A stretch of DNA of 61,469 nt, filler included, from Gemmatimonadota bacterium (GTDB taxonomy: Bacteria > 4572-55 > J002): the NCBI GenBank assembly GCA_003697105.1. It is 4 parts of 4 records of this genome, joined end to end, with 100 filler letters (N's around TTAATTAATTAA, not from the genome) between each part and the next. Parts side by side here need not be neighbours in the genome. Positions count along the whole stretch, not along the records: positions 1 to 14,267 come from RFFQ01000052.1; 3 more parts are not named here. One strand, written 5' to 3'. Both the position numbers and the translations under genes were made by a program. Each line of letters opens with the position of its first letter. Positions within the stretch are counted from its first letter, which is position 1. The notes beneath the pieces are model-generated. The model had not been told where the DNA came from. It worked only from the letters and a program-made list of their open reading frames with translations, and searched no databases. This document shows positions 1 through 9,185 of this stretch, piece by piece.

Positions 1-94
1 AACGATTAAGTTAAGGTGTTTCCGCGGGTAACAAAAAATGAAGCCTACGCGGGGGATTTCGTAGCGGAAATGTAGCTTCAACGCAAAGTTAGAT
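1..94 (-). mobile_element. attC: Integron attC site (R' box cut by window edge)
   Basis: Minus strand reads ATCTAAC (R'') - TTTGC (5 nt) - GTTGAAGC (8-nt L'' with extra base) ... TTTCCGC/GCGGAAA stem ... CCTTAAC (L') - TTAATC (6 nt) - GTT. Box spacing matches the aadA-type attC. Confidence 0.8.
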
Positions 95-203
95 GGAAGT
101 CGGATCCCGTCCGACTCACCTCACCCGAAGTTCGGATTGTGTCCTTCACTACCCTCGGAACCTGTATAAAATAACAGGTGACCACCCGATATGGGAATAG
201 CTT

Positions 204-935
204 TTAATTTACTGATAAACAACAGATTACCGGTTTGCACTCAGGACACTTGAGCGCCGAAGCGCTCTTTTTGACCGTTTCGACCGCCATCTTCAACGCC
301 TGACGGATTCGGGTTAACATTTTGGTTTTGATCGACCCCGCCAGAAACCCATACGACCGGATTTTCTGAAACCCCTTCGGCAACACATGACTCAAAAATC
401 GACGTAAAAACTCTACCGGATTCAATCGCATCGTCTTGGTCTTTCCACCATCGCGATAATCCCGATAACTGAACTCCACCCCATCATCAGTCACCTCCAA
501 AATCCGCGAGTTGGCAATCGCCACCCGATGGGTGTAACGACCCAGATACTTCACCACCGCTTCCGTAGTTCCAAACGGCGCTTTGGAAAAAATACGAAAC
601 AGACCCCGATTCCGATCCAACAGAAAATAATCGAACAATTGACGATCCCGCAGATGTTCAATCGACCCGCTAAACGTCAACTGGCGCTACAACCTCCGCA
701 GCCCCGCCAGAAATTTACCCTTAAACATCCGCGACATCGCCTTCACCGGAAAGAGAAATTTGCCTTTATATTTCGATTCGACCCAGCGCCCGTCCGTCGT
801 GAGACCCCCCGCCGGGACAATCCCATGAATATGAGGATGATAGGATAACGTCTGTCCCCACGGGTGTAAAATCGAGATAAACCCGATCTGTGCCCCCAGA
901 AATTTTGGATCAGCGGCAAACGTCTGCAACGTCTC
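204..935 (-). pseudogene. IS91-family (Y2 HUH) transposase, 5'-truncated with in-frame stop
   Basis: Motifs LHPWGQ..HPHIH (HUH), KYLGRY (Y2) and EFLRRFLSHVLPKGFQKIRSYG. ORFs 687..1028 and 204..680 share a frame, separated by TAG at 687-689. The N-terminal Zn-binding part is missing. Confidence 0.85.
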
Positions 936-1129
936 CAACCCGATCCGCCAACTCATGCAAATCACCGGTGAATGTCTCGAAAACCCGAACCGAATCAGCC
1001 GACAAATGGGGGAGCAACTGCTACCCATATCTCCGCCGAACCCACATCAATACCCGCAGAATTCGGGTGGGCAATCGCCAGATGCTCAAATTTAACCGGT
1101 GGCTTCTTACCCTTACGATGACGCTTCAT
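936..1129 (-). pseudogene. IS110-family transposase N-terminal fragment, frameshifted
   Basis: MKRHRK..LAIAHPNSAGIDVGSAEIWVAVA, then after a 1-nt shift in a C run PHLSADSVRVFETFTGDLHELAD. This is the typical start of an IS110 DEDD RuvC domain. Confidence 0.75.
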
Positions 1130-1308
1130 AATCCAATCTCCTATCAAAACCGTGATAAGATACAGTGAGTTCGATAGAAGATAGGGCATCAGAGACGAAC
1201 CACAAGTTTCATCGGTCAACGAAATGACCGAACATAGGGACAGCTAACTTGTGATTAGATCGATCGGATCGATCTAATTCTGTGGATTAAAAGTTGTTTA
1301 GATCGATC

Positions 1309-1352
1309 AAAAAACCGCGATTTAATCGATAAATAAATCGAATATCGCGGTT
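1309..1352 (-). terminator. Hairpin with T-tract, probable intrinsic terminator
   Basis: AACCGCGAT...ATCGCGGTT stem followed by a T run on the minus strand, downstream of lipA. Confidence 0.45.
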
Positions 1353-1550
1353 CATATCTAAAATTCCCCGTTTCCAGTGAAACGATAGATGAAGTACTCT
1401 TTTTCAGAAAATACACGGATGAGGTTAAAAGATCAAGTGTAAAAATAGGTTATTTTAGCAAACTTAAAAATAGTTGGGGCGCGTCCGCCTAACGATGTTG
1501 ATAACCGTATCCAAAAAAGCATCAACGAGCACATTGAAAAAGAAGCGCAT

Positions 1551-2474
1551 CTACCCCGAATAGACACCAATTTCTTTGGCGCTGAGGTCTGCATGGTAGG
1601 AACTCCGTACTAAGGGACCGGATGCCACATGCTGAAAACCGAGTTTGTAACCTTCCCGCTCGTACAATTTGAACTCATCGGGGTGCACAAAGCGATCCAC
1701 CGGCAAGTGCATTTTGCTGGGTTGCAAATATTGCCCGATGGTGATAATATCGACCCCTACATTGCGGAGGTCATGCATCACTTCTATCACCTCATCCGGG
1801 TGTTCACCGATGCCCACCATCAAGCCACTTTTGGTAACCAACCCTTGATCTTTAGACCGTTGTAATAATTCTAGCGTACGAGGATATTTTGCTTGCGGAC
1901 GTACCCGAAAATAGAGGCGCGGGACAGATTCAATATTGTGGTTTAGTACATCCGGTTTAGCATCTATCACCCGTTGGAGGGCATCCCAATTGCCCATAAA
2001 ATCTGGGATAAGCACTTCCACTTTGACATGGGGGGTGGTTTGGCGTACCAACCGGATGGTTTCAGCAAAAATATCCGCACCCCCGAGCTTTTGGTCATCT
2101 CGATTAACAGAGGTGATCACGGCATACCTTACGCCCATTTTTTGGATGGCATCGGCAACGCGAGCCGGCTCATCATAATCGAGCGCCTCCGGTTTACCGG
2201 TTTTCACCGCACAAAAACCACAACTCCGGGTACACACATCCCCCAAAATCATGAACGTAGCGGTGCCATGTGCCCAACATTCACCCATGTTAGGGCAACG
2301 AGCACTCTCACAAACGGTATGTAATTCATGCCGTTTCACCAGATCGAGCGTTTTTTTGTAAGTTTTTCCTGACGGCATTCTTACTTTTAGCCACTCGGGA
2401 CGGCGTCCGAGTGGTTTTTCTTGGGAGGTTTCTGGGATAAGTTCCTGAGATTGAACAATATTCAGATTACGCAT
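1551..2474 (-). CDS. lipA: Lipoyl synthase
   Basis: CESARCPNMGEC (CX4CX5C), CTRSCGFC radical-SAM motif, C-terminal VRSSYHA. Confidence 0.97.
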   Translation of the reverse strand: MRNLNIVQSQELIPETSQEKPLGRRPEWLKVRMPSGKTYKKTLDLVKRHELHTVCESARCPNMGECWAHGTATFMILGDVCTRSCGFCAVKTGKPEALDYDEPARVADAIQKMGVRYAVITSVNRDDQKLGGADIFAETIRLVRQTTPHVKVEVLIPDFMGNWDALQRVIDAKPDVLNHNIESVPRLYFRVRPQAKYPRTLELLQRSKDQGLVTKSGLMVGIGEHPDEVIEVMHDLRNVGVDIITIGQYLQPSKMHLPVDRFVHPDEFKLYEREGYKLGFQHVASGPLVRSSYHADLSAKEIGVYSG

Positions 2475-2500
2475 AATGTCCTCATTTGATGAAAATACGA

Positions 2501-2719
2501 TTATTCCTTACCGCTAGAGCCTTCTAACATGCGGAGTTTGTATTCCAGTTCTTGCCGTTGCAGTTCGGCGTCTTCTTCTTGTAACAGCAATTCTCGTTGG
2601 CGGAGTTCCAGCTCTTTTTCGCGAATTTTCAGAAATTTCAGCCCTAAAATAAACGCGAAAACCAACGCCGGAGACCCCACAAAAATACTTATGATTGCCA
2701 CAATCGCTTCAATATCCAC
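2501..2719 (-). CDS. Small membrane-anchored coiled-coil protein (paralog A)
   Basis: One N-terminal TM helix plus a charged heptad tail; clearly similar to the neighbouring ORF. Confidence 0.7.
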   Translation of the reverse strand: MDIEAIVAIISIFVGSPALVFAFILGLKFLKIREKELELRQRELLLQEEDAELQRQELEYKLRMLEGSSGKE

Positions 2720-2721
2720 TA

Positions 2722-2946
2722 CTATATTCCTCCATTTTGCTCATCTTCCAACAAACGCAATTTGAACTCCAAATGTTGGCGTTCTAACTCAGCTTCTTCT
2801 TCACGGACAGATACTTCACGCTCCAGTAATTCCACTCGCCGTTCTTGAATCTGCAAAAACCGGTTACCCAGAATATAGGCAAAAATAAGTGCCGGTAAAC
2901 CAATCATTGTACTTAAAATTGCCACAATGGGGATCAAAAATTCCAT
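2722..2946 (-). CDS. Small membrane-anchored coiled-coil protein (paralog B)
   Basis: Start MEFLIPIVAIL follows an AGAGGT RBS-like sequence; same TM + coiled-coil layout as 2501..2719. Confidence 0.7.
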   Translation of the reverse strand: MEFLIPIVAILSTMIGLPALIFAYILGNRFLQIQERRVELLEREVSVREEEAELERQHLEFKLRLLEDEQNGGI

Positions 2947-3074
2947 AAAAACAACCTCTTTCAAATGATATTCCCAAGAGTACTCTTTTCCGGGGATTTC
3001 GTCAACAGCAAAACGAAAAGCACTTGCGGGATGACACAAGTGCCCTCAAGCGGTACTCAAAATACGACCCCAAA

Positions 3075-4526
3075 TTATTGGCGGAGTGCCTCAAGCCGCT
3101 CTTGTGCGACCATTGCCCACGTTTCCGGCGGTTGGGAGGCGAGGTAATCTTGCCAATATTGCCGTGCTTGGTGGTGCCAGTGACGTTTTTCCGCATAAAC
3201 CGCCAAATTGAAATACGTATCCGCATTCATTCCGGCTTGATTTTCCAATTGATGGAATCGTTGTTCAGCCTGTTCCAGCCGGTCTAGTTCATACAACGCA
3301 ATCGCTAAGGCACTGGTAATATGAATATTCTGGGTTGTAACCACTTCACATAGGTCGATGATCGATTCCCATTGGCGGAGTTCACCGAACAAGCTGATCG
3401 CATACAATCGCGTATCGAGGTCTTGGGGGTGGTGTTTTAAATACGTTTTAAATTGATTACCTAAGGCGGTTAATGCCAGTCGTGCGTCCATATTGGGTTG
3501 GTTTCGTTCTGCTGGCGGCAGCATATACGGGAATTTCCAATCCACAAACTCCATATTTTTTTGAAGGGTCTGAAATTGGTGGATCAGAGCGGGTGCGCTT
3601 AAAACCATTCCGTTGGCGGTTGGGGGAGCCACTGCCGAGACGGTTTGGCGGGGGGCAACCGTTCCGGCAAAGGAGTGAGTTAGAGGCGGCGGCGCGGGAG
3701 CAGAACGTTGTAAATCCGACAACATCGAGGCGCCACCGGAAGATTCAGTGGAATACGGCGTGACCTTAGAATATCCCTCATCCGGGGCTTGATCCACCTC
3801 GGCGAGGGGCTGATCTCTCAATAGATAGTCATCAATTGTTTTTTCTGGAGCAATACCCGCCGGGATATTCTTCTCATCCGTTTCCGATGAGGTTTCTGCC
3901 GGCTCATCCGGCAGGTCTTCTGCAATGGGTTCCGGCAAGGGGGAAGGCAAGATCGTCTCCGGTTGGGGGGTTGTCACATCGTTTCTTTTTGTTTCTGCCA
4001 ACACCGGTTTTGTAGGGGTTTCCTCAGGAGAAGCCTCATCCATCAAGATTTCCGGCAAGTTAGCGTCTTCCGCCGGTTCTTCGCGTAACTCTGTAGGAAT
4101 GGCGCTGAAGCCCCGCCCCGAATGTTGTTCTTCCACAACCGGCTCCGGTGGGGGTTGCTGGTTATAAAGCAGAATACCGGTCACCAAAACAAAAATAGCC
4201 GCCATAGTTCCGATCCAGCGGGGGGTACGTACCGTATTTTTTAGCCACATCAGCATTGTAAATTGACGAGCAGAAGCGCCGCTTGCCGCAAGGCGGGAAG
4301 GTGCGGTGGTCGCCTCCGACAACCGGTCTTCGTGGAGGATCACCAACATTTCCCGGCAGTAGGCACACTCTGCTAAATGCTCTTCCAGCAAATCCAGTTC
4401 TGCGGGAATCAAACGATTTTCCAAAAATCCGTTCAGTAAATTGGCATCGCATGTTTCTACCGAATTATGTGTCAAATCGGGTGGAAATGTGGTTAATAAG
4501 TAGCGAATTAAGGCGCTATTTTTCAT
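3075..4526 (-). CDS. Anti-sigma-like protein: zf-HC2, TM helix, Pro/Glu-rich linker, C-terminal TPR
   Basis: HLAECAYC (HX3CX2C), TM around WIGTMAAIFVLVTGILLY, TPR-like C-terminus; lies directly downstream of a sigma factor. Confidence 0.75.
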   Translation of the reverse strand: MKNSALIRYLLTTFPPDLTHNSVETCDANLLNGFLENRLIPAELDLLEEHLAECAYCREMLVILHEDRLSEATTAPSRLAASGASARQFTMLMWLKNTVRTPRWIGTMAAIFVLVTGILLYNQQPPPEPVVEEQHSGRGFSAIPTELREEPAEDANLPEILMDEASPEETPTKPVLAETKRNDVTTPQPETILPSPLPEPIAEDLPDEPAETSSETDEKNIPAGIAPEKTIDDYLLRDQPLAEVDQAPDEGYSKVTPYSTESSGGASMLSDLQRSAPAPPPLTHSFAGTVAPRQTVSAVAPPTANGMVLSAPALIHQFQTLQKNMEFVDWKFPYMLPPAERNQPNMDARLALTALGNQFKTYLKHHPQDLDTRLYAISLFGELRQWESIIDLCEVVTTQNIHITSALAIALYELDRLEQAEQRFHQLENQAGMNADTYFNLAVYAEKRHWHHQARQYWQDYLASQPPETWAMVAQERLEALRQ

Positions 4527-4630
4527 GGGGCATCCGGTTTGGTTTTGATCTCAAAAAATTCAGTTTTGTTCATGACGGGAAATATCACATATCATGCACC
4601 ATTTCTTCACAAAATTTCCGAGGGGAGGGG

Positions 4631-5626
4631 TCAATCCGCTCGGATGGTACCTTTCAAGTTTAAGTCTAAATCCTTCATAACAAGGGAAAAATACTCAAAT
4701 GTTTCTTCCTTGCTGAGTCCGAATGTACCCAACATTTCACGCTCAATGGCGGTGCGTAGTTTCTGCCGAATCTTTGCCAACCAGCGGCTGGCAGTGGATT
4801 CGTGCACATGGTACATCTCGCCGATGGTTTTTTCTTTTAAGCCTTTGAAATAGTAATAATCGACAAGGTTTTTTTCTTTAGCATTCAATTGTTGAAAGGC
4901 TTTGGGCACAACTGCGCGGAAGATTTCCCGGTATTTTTTTTGTTGGTACTGTTCTTCGGGCGATCCGGTCTGTTCATCAGCAAGACGACTTTCCAAATTG
5001 GGTGGATGGTCATCATCATCCCCTTCAACGGGCGAAAAGGGGACTTCATTAGCACGTGATAATTGGCGATGCCGATCAACAACTTTCCGATAGACGATAA
5101 TCCGTAGCCACCCTTTGAGGGAACCTAACCCATTATAAGAGGCGATCTTAGAACTGGAATCATCCGCCTCAGAAACCGGTATATACAGGTCTGCCAAGAG
5201 AGAATCCGCCAAATCATGAGCTTTTTCCGAATTTTTTAGATATTTCAGCGCCACCTGATAGATAAACGGCTGGTACTCTTGCTGAAAGATTCCCCATGCC
5301 GCATTATCGCCTTGCGCACAGGCGGTTGCCAGAAATAAATCGTCCAAAACTAGAGATTCCAATAAGTCCAGCGGGGTGGCATGTTCTCCGGGCGGGAGTG
5401 TCGAAAATCGTTTGGCGATAATTTGGGCAACGACACGGGCAAAATCGGTCGTGGAGAGGCGAATTTGTTCCCAGCGACTGCGGCAATCTTCAGTAAGGGT
5501 CTGGAGGCGGTGGAGGTGCGCTTCGATGAATGCCTGAAGGGCGTCCGGGTCTCCTCGCAAACAGCTAGCCGCCCATTGGGCATTGAACGGCATCGATTCG
5601 CTTTTCATGGTGTTGAACCTTCCCAT
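4631..5626 (-). CDS. ECF-type sigma-70 RNA polymerase sigma factor
   Basis: DLFLATACAQGDNAAW, YNGLGSLKGWLRIIV (region 2) and IGEMYHVHESTASRWL (region 4 HTH). Confidence 0.85.
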   Translation of the reverse strand: MGRFNTMKSESMPFNAQWAASCLRGDPDALQAFIEAHLHRLQTLTEDCRSRWEQIRLSTTDFARVVAQIIAKRFSTLPPGEHATPLDLLESLVLDDLFLATACAQGDNAAWGIFQQEYQPFIYQVALKYLKNSEKAHDLADSLLADLYIPVSEADDSSSKIASYNGLGSLKGWLRIIVYRKVVDRHRQLSRANEVPFSPVEGDDDDHPPNLESRLADEQTGSPEEQYQQKKYREIFRAVVPKAFQQLNAKEKNLVDYYYFKGLKEKTIGEMYHVHESTASRWLAKIRQKLRTAIEREMLGTFGLSKEETFEYFSLVMKDLDLNLKGTIRAD

Positions 5627-6096
5627 TGTACGTCACGCAGAATAATCTCGTAACGATAAATATACTGGGGTTGGGTATTTTCCGTAGTAAATTCAAGCCG
5701 GCGGGTCGTATTACCGGGCAGGTCTTCAGTGACCAGAATCCCTTCAAAGTCATCCCCATTATCATCATACAATCGGGCAATCATTTCAAGACGTTTCACC
5801 GTACGAGAATCATAATTGATGACATCCAAGGTGACAACTGTTTTTTTCTGATCGCGGGTCTGCAAAGAGGAAATCACGTGGACGGCAATTTGGTCTTGTG
5901 TTTCACCAACAGCTAAGATGCGATGCTCCTCCTGATAGAGCAAGTTGACATAAAAAAAGGCCCCGATTAACAACACAAGTAAAATTAACGCGGAAATAAC
6001 CTGCAACCATTTGCGATCCGGTACCAGGGACTGTCCGCAATTGGAGCAGACCTGCCTTTTCTCCGGTTGTCGTGTTCCACAATGGGGACAATACAT
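5605..6096 (-). CDS. Zinc-ribbon membrane protein
   Basis: MYCPHCG...CSNCG, then a TM helix and a beta-rich extracytoplasmic domain. Start placed at MYCP. Confidence 0.7.
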   Translation of the reverse strand: MYCPHCGTRQPEKRQVCSNCGQSLVPDRKWLQVISALILLVLLIGAFFYVNLLYQEEHRILAVGETQDQIAVHVISSLQTRDQKKTVVTLDVINYDSRTVKRLEMIARLYDDNGDDFEGILVTEDLPGNTTRRLEFTTENTQPQYIYRYEIILRDVQWEGSTP

Positions 6097-6339
6097 CCAA
6101 ACGTCCTTGTAAGATAAGAGAGGGGTGAATGTGGTTGAATTGGGCAAAATGTTAGTGAATCGGGTACAGCTTGTCAATGCCATTTTGGTTGAATCTATCC
6201 GGCGGATTCACAAGGTGTCAGTTGTGAATGACATGTTCTACCCCGCTTTCGGAAATCACTTTAAGATTAAAGGGAAAACATCAAATTTTTCTGATAGTTA
6301 AGACATCTTCATAGAACGGTCTCATCTACCGAAAAAAGG

Positions 6340-6368
6340 TTGACATCTTAATATGGATTTGGTATCAT
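6340..6368 (+). promoter_or_regulatory. Sigma70-type promoter for the S2P-MglA cluster
   Basis: TTGACA-17 nt-TATCAT with a TG extended -10. Confidence 0.6.
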
Positions 6369-6444
6369 TATTTTTAATTCATTGACAAACATGATAGTAG
6401 GTATTGTCTCCCCCCTTTTGCACCGTCAATTTTGGAAATAATGG

Positions 6445-7116
6445 ATGCTTGATAATTTTAGTCTGGAACGGTTGGTACTGATTACCCCACCCATTTTGCT
6501 GGCGTTGACCGTTCATGAATTTGCCCATGCGTGGAGCGCCTATAAATTAGGGGATCCCACCGCCAAAAATGAAGGACGTCTGACCTTAAACCCACTCCAC
6601 CACATGGACCCGATTGGCACGTTCGCTATTTTCATTACCGCGATGGTGGGCTTTGGGATTGGCTGGGCACGACCGGTACCCGTTAATCCGTATAATTTCA
6701 AGCACATGGATCGGGATGATTTGTTAGTCTCCATTGCGGGACCGGCTTCTAATATGTTGCAAGCAATTGTCATGGGGGTTGCCGTTCGTGTATGTCTGTG
6801 GCTGGGATTAGCGGTGAATTCGCCTCTGGTGATGATGCTCTTTGCCGGATTGACAATCAACTTGGCATTGGCGATCTTCAACATGTTACCGATTTTTCCA
6901 TTGGATGGGTCGCATATTCTGCGGGCGTTAGTTCCTTCCCGTTATAAAATTATGTTGGATGAAAGCCGCCGGTATGCACCGTTATTGCTTCTCTTTTTAA
7001 TATTTACACCCATCTTGGGGTACATTATTTCGCCGTTTATCTTCCGCTTCAGCGTGCTGTTTTTAGGATCAGATCAGCTCTTTAGAAGCCTTGCGTACTA
7101 CTTTTACCAGATGTAG
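6445..7116 (+). CDS. Site-2 protease (peptidase M50)
   Basis: HEFAH zinc motif, GRLTLNPLHHMDP, AGPASN and FNMLPIFPLDG. Confidence 0.93.
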   Translation: MLDNFSLERLVLITPPILLALTVHEFAHAWSAYKLGDPTAKNEGRLTLNPLHHMDPIGTFAIFITAMVGFGIGWARPVPVNPYNFKHMDRDDLLVSIAGPASNMLQAIVMGVAVRVCLWLGLAVNSPLVMMLFAGLTINLALAIFNMLPIFPLDGSHILRALVPSRYKIMLDESRRYAPLLLLFLIFTPILGYIISPFIFRFSVLFLGSDQLFRSLAYYFYQM

Positions 7117-7123
7117 TCTACTG

Positions 7124-8026
7124 ATGCGTCCGTGTTGTCCCGTTATTTTTGTGTTTGGTTTTTTGCTGGTTGGGAGTGGGTGCACCTCATCTCCCTCTTA
7201 TCACCCGCAGAACCATCCCTACCAGCAGTTGTTGCGGGTTCACCCTGAACTTAGCTCGGTGCGGTATCAGTTGGGGTATGACCTCTACCGGCAAGGAAAT
7301 ATGTTGGAGGCAGCAAAAGCGTGGGATGAGGTATTAAAAAGCCACCCGCGTTTTGCCAATGTGTACTGGTTGCGTGGGGTTATTCATCGTAATTTCGGCG
7401 ATCACGCTCAAGCCAAAACTCATTTTCAACAGGCATTAGCCCTGAGTCCTTCCTCCGCGGAAGCCCATCACCAACTCGGTTTGGAATACGCTTTGGAAGG
7501 TAATTTTGCGACAGCTCGCGGCTACTTTGAACGGGCAGTGGAACTCGATCCAGACGCGGCAATATATTGGAACAACCTCGCCATGAATTACGTGCAACTG
7601 AATGACCTCCCCGCGGCGATTCAAGCATATCAAGCGGCACTGAGACATGATCCATACAATACGGACATCCAGTATAATTTAGGCGTTACGTATGTCAGAG
7701 CAAATCAATTTGAACCGGCAAAATTGCAATTTGAATCGATTTTACAAACACACCCGAATCACAAAGCCACATACTTTTCATTGGCATCGGTGCTAGCGGA
7801 ACAAGGACATTATGATCGGGCGATGCAATTGCTGGAGTCAGTTCGCCCTCGATTTAACACCGATCCAGACTTTTACTGGAATCTGGCAATTTTACTTGAA
7901 AAACAGAATCAGTTTGATGATGCCCGTCTCATCTGGCAAAAATATTTGAGTTTGGCTTCAAACAGTGCAGAGCGCCAGCAAGTGGAAACCCACGTGATTA
8001 AATTGGAATCAATTTTAAATGAATAA
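7124..8026 (+). CDS. TPR-repeat lipoprotein
   Basis: Signal with lipobox-like VGSGC followed by multiple TPRs. Confidence 0.8.
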   Translation: MRPCCPVIFVFGFLLVGSGCTSSPSYHPQNHPYQQLLRVHPELSSVRYQLGYDLYRQGNMLEAAKAWDEVLKSHPRFANVYWLRGVIHRNFGDHAQAKTHFQQALALSPSSAEAHHQLGLEYALEGNFATARGYFERAVELDPDAAIYWNNLAMNYVQLNDLPAAIQAYQAALRHDPYNTDIQYNLGVTYVRANQFEPAKLQFESILQTHPNHKATYFSLASVLAEQGHYDRAMQLLESVRPRFNTDPDFYWNLAILLEKQNQFDDARLIWQKYLSLASNSAERQQVETHVIKLESILNE

Positions 8027-8062
8027 ATTTTAGATGACACCCGCGGATTGAGGCAGAGTTAG

Positions 8063-9178
8063 ATGATCTCGTTTAATTATGACTTAAAAGAAATTAACAC
8101 CAAAATTGTGTATTATGGTCCGGGGCTTTGTGGAAAAACCACGAATCTTCAATATGTTCATGCAAATATTCCCGAGAATACACGTGAAAAAATGATTTCG
8201 CTGGCGACCAAAACCGACCGAACGCTGTTTTTTGACTTTTTACCCATGAAATTGGGGAATATCGGGGGATATAATACACGATTTCATTTATACACCGTGC
8301 CCGGACAGGTGTTTTACAACTCGACCCGCAAGGTGGTTTTAACCGGCGTGGATGGTATCGTGTTCGTTGCAGATTCACAAGCCCACCGGTTGGAAGCCAA
8401 TATTGAAAGTTTTGAAAATTTGGAAGAAAACCTCCGCGAAAAAGATATTGATATTAAAGATATTCCCCTCGTGTTACAATATAACAAGCGGGATTGTCCC
8501 AATATCCTCTCGGTGGAAAAACTGAACTCGGCACTTAACACCAATAACTACCCCTATTATGAAGCAATTGCGATTACCGGTGCGGGTGTTTTTGAAACCC
8601 TCAAGGGGATTTCGCAACTGATGTTGAACGAGTTCTACAAGCGCGGTAGTTTTGCAAAATTGGGTATTGAACCGCGCCGAAAACCCCGGCGAAAAGATGA
8701 ACGAGACGATACGAATATATGGGAATCGGGCATTGATGATAACTTAATTAAAAGCGTACCACCAAATGAAGCCACCACAAAAACATCAACGATGGTGTCC
8801 GTCCCCGATAACCTGCCCCAGATGAGCGATGATCCGCTGGTTCCAAAACTGGAAGAAGAACCCGCGGCATCACCGGCAACGAGCATCCCCGATTTACCCA
8901 CACTAGATGCTCCCACCGATTTACCGGGACTGGAACCTCCGCAGACAACACCGGCGATGGAACCCGAAACAAACCAATCAACTAAACTCACTACTACTTT
9001 GGATTTGCCAGGCATGAATACACCCAATACCCCATCCGGAACACAACCAAAAACCGAAACACCTGCCCCGACCGTAAAGGAAGTTCGGAAACGGATCAAT
9101 GTGCCCATTAAAATCGCCTTAGATAAACTTCCCCAACGGTTGAAACTTGAGATTACCTTGGATATCGAATTGACTTAA
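8063..9178 (+). CDS. mglA: MglA-family small GTPase with Pro/Thr-rich C-terminal extension
   Basis: KIVYYGPGLCGKTTNL, RTLFFD, YTVPGQVFY and QYNKRD are MglA signature motifs. Confidence 0.9.
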   Translation: MISFNYDLKEINTKIVYYGPGLCGKTTNLQYVHANIPENTREKMISLATKTDRTLFFDFLPMKLGNIGGYNTRFHLYTVPGQVFYNSTRKVVLTGVDGIVFVADSQAHRLEANIESFENLEENLREKDIDIKDIPLVLQYNKRDCPNILSVEKLNSALNTNNYPYYEAIAITGAGVFETLKGISQLMLNEFYKRGSFAKLGIEPRRKPRRKDERDDTNIWESGIDDNLIKSVPPNEATTKTSTMVSVPDNLPQMSDDPLVPKLEEEPAASPATSIPDLPTLDAPTDLPGLEPPQTTPAMEPETNQSTKLTTTLDLPGMNTPNTPSGTQPKTETPAPTVKEVRKRINVPIKIALDKLPQRLKLEITLDIELT

Positions 9179-9185
9179 CATTAAG

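Noticed and set aside
1369..1384. CGTTTCCAGTGAAACG as a parS site
   Set aside because: Four mismatches to TGTTTCACGTGAAACA, including the central bases; no parB in the window.
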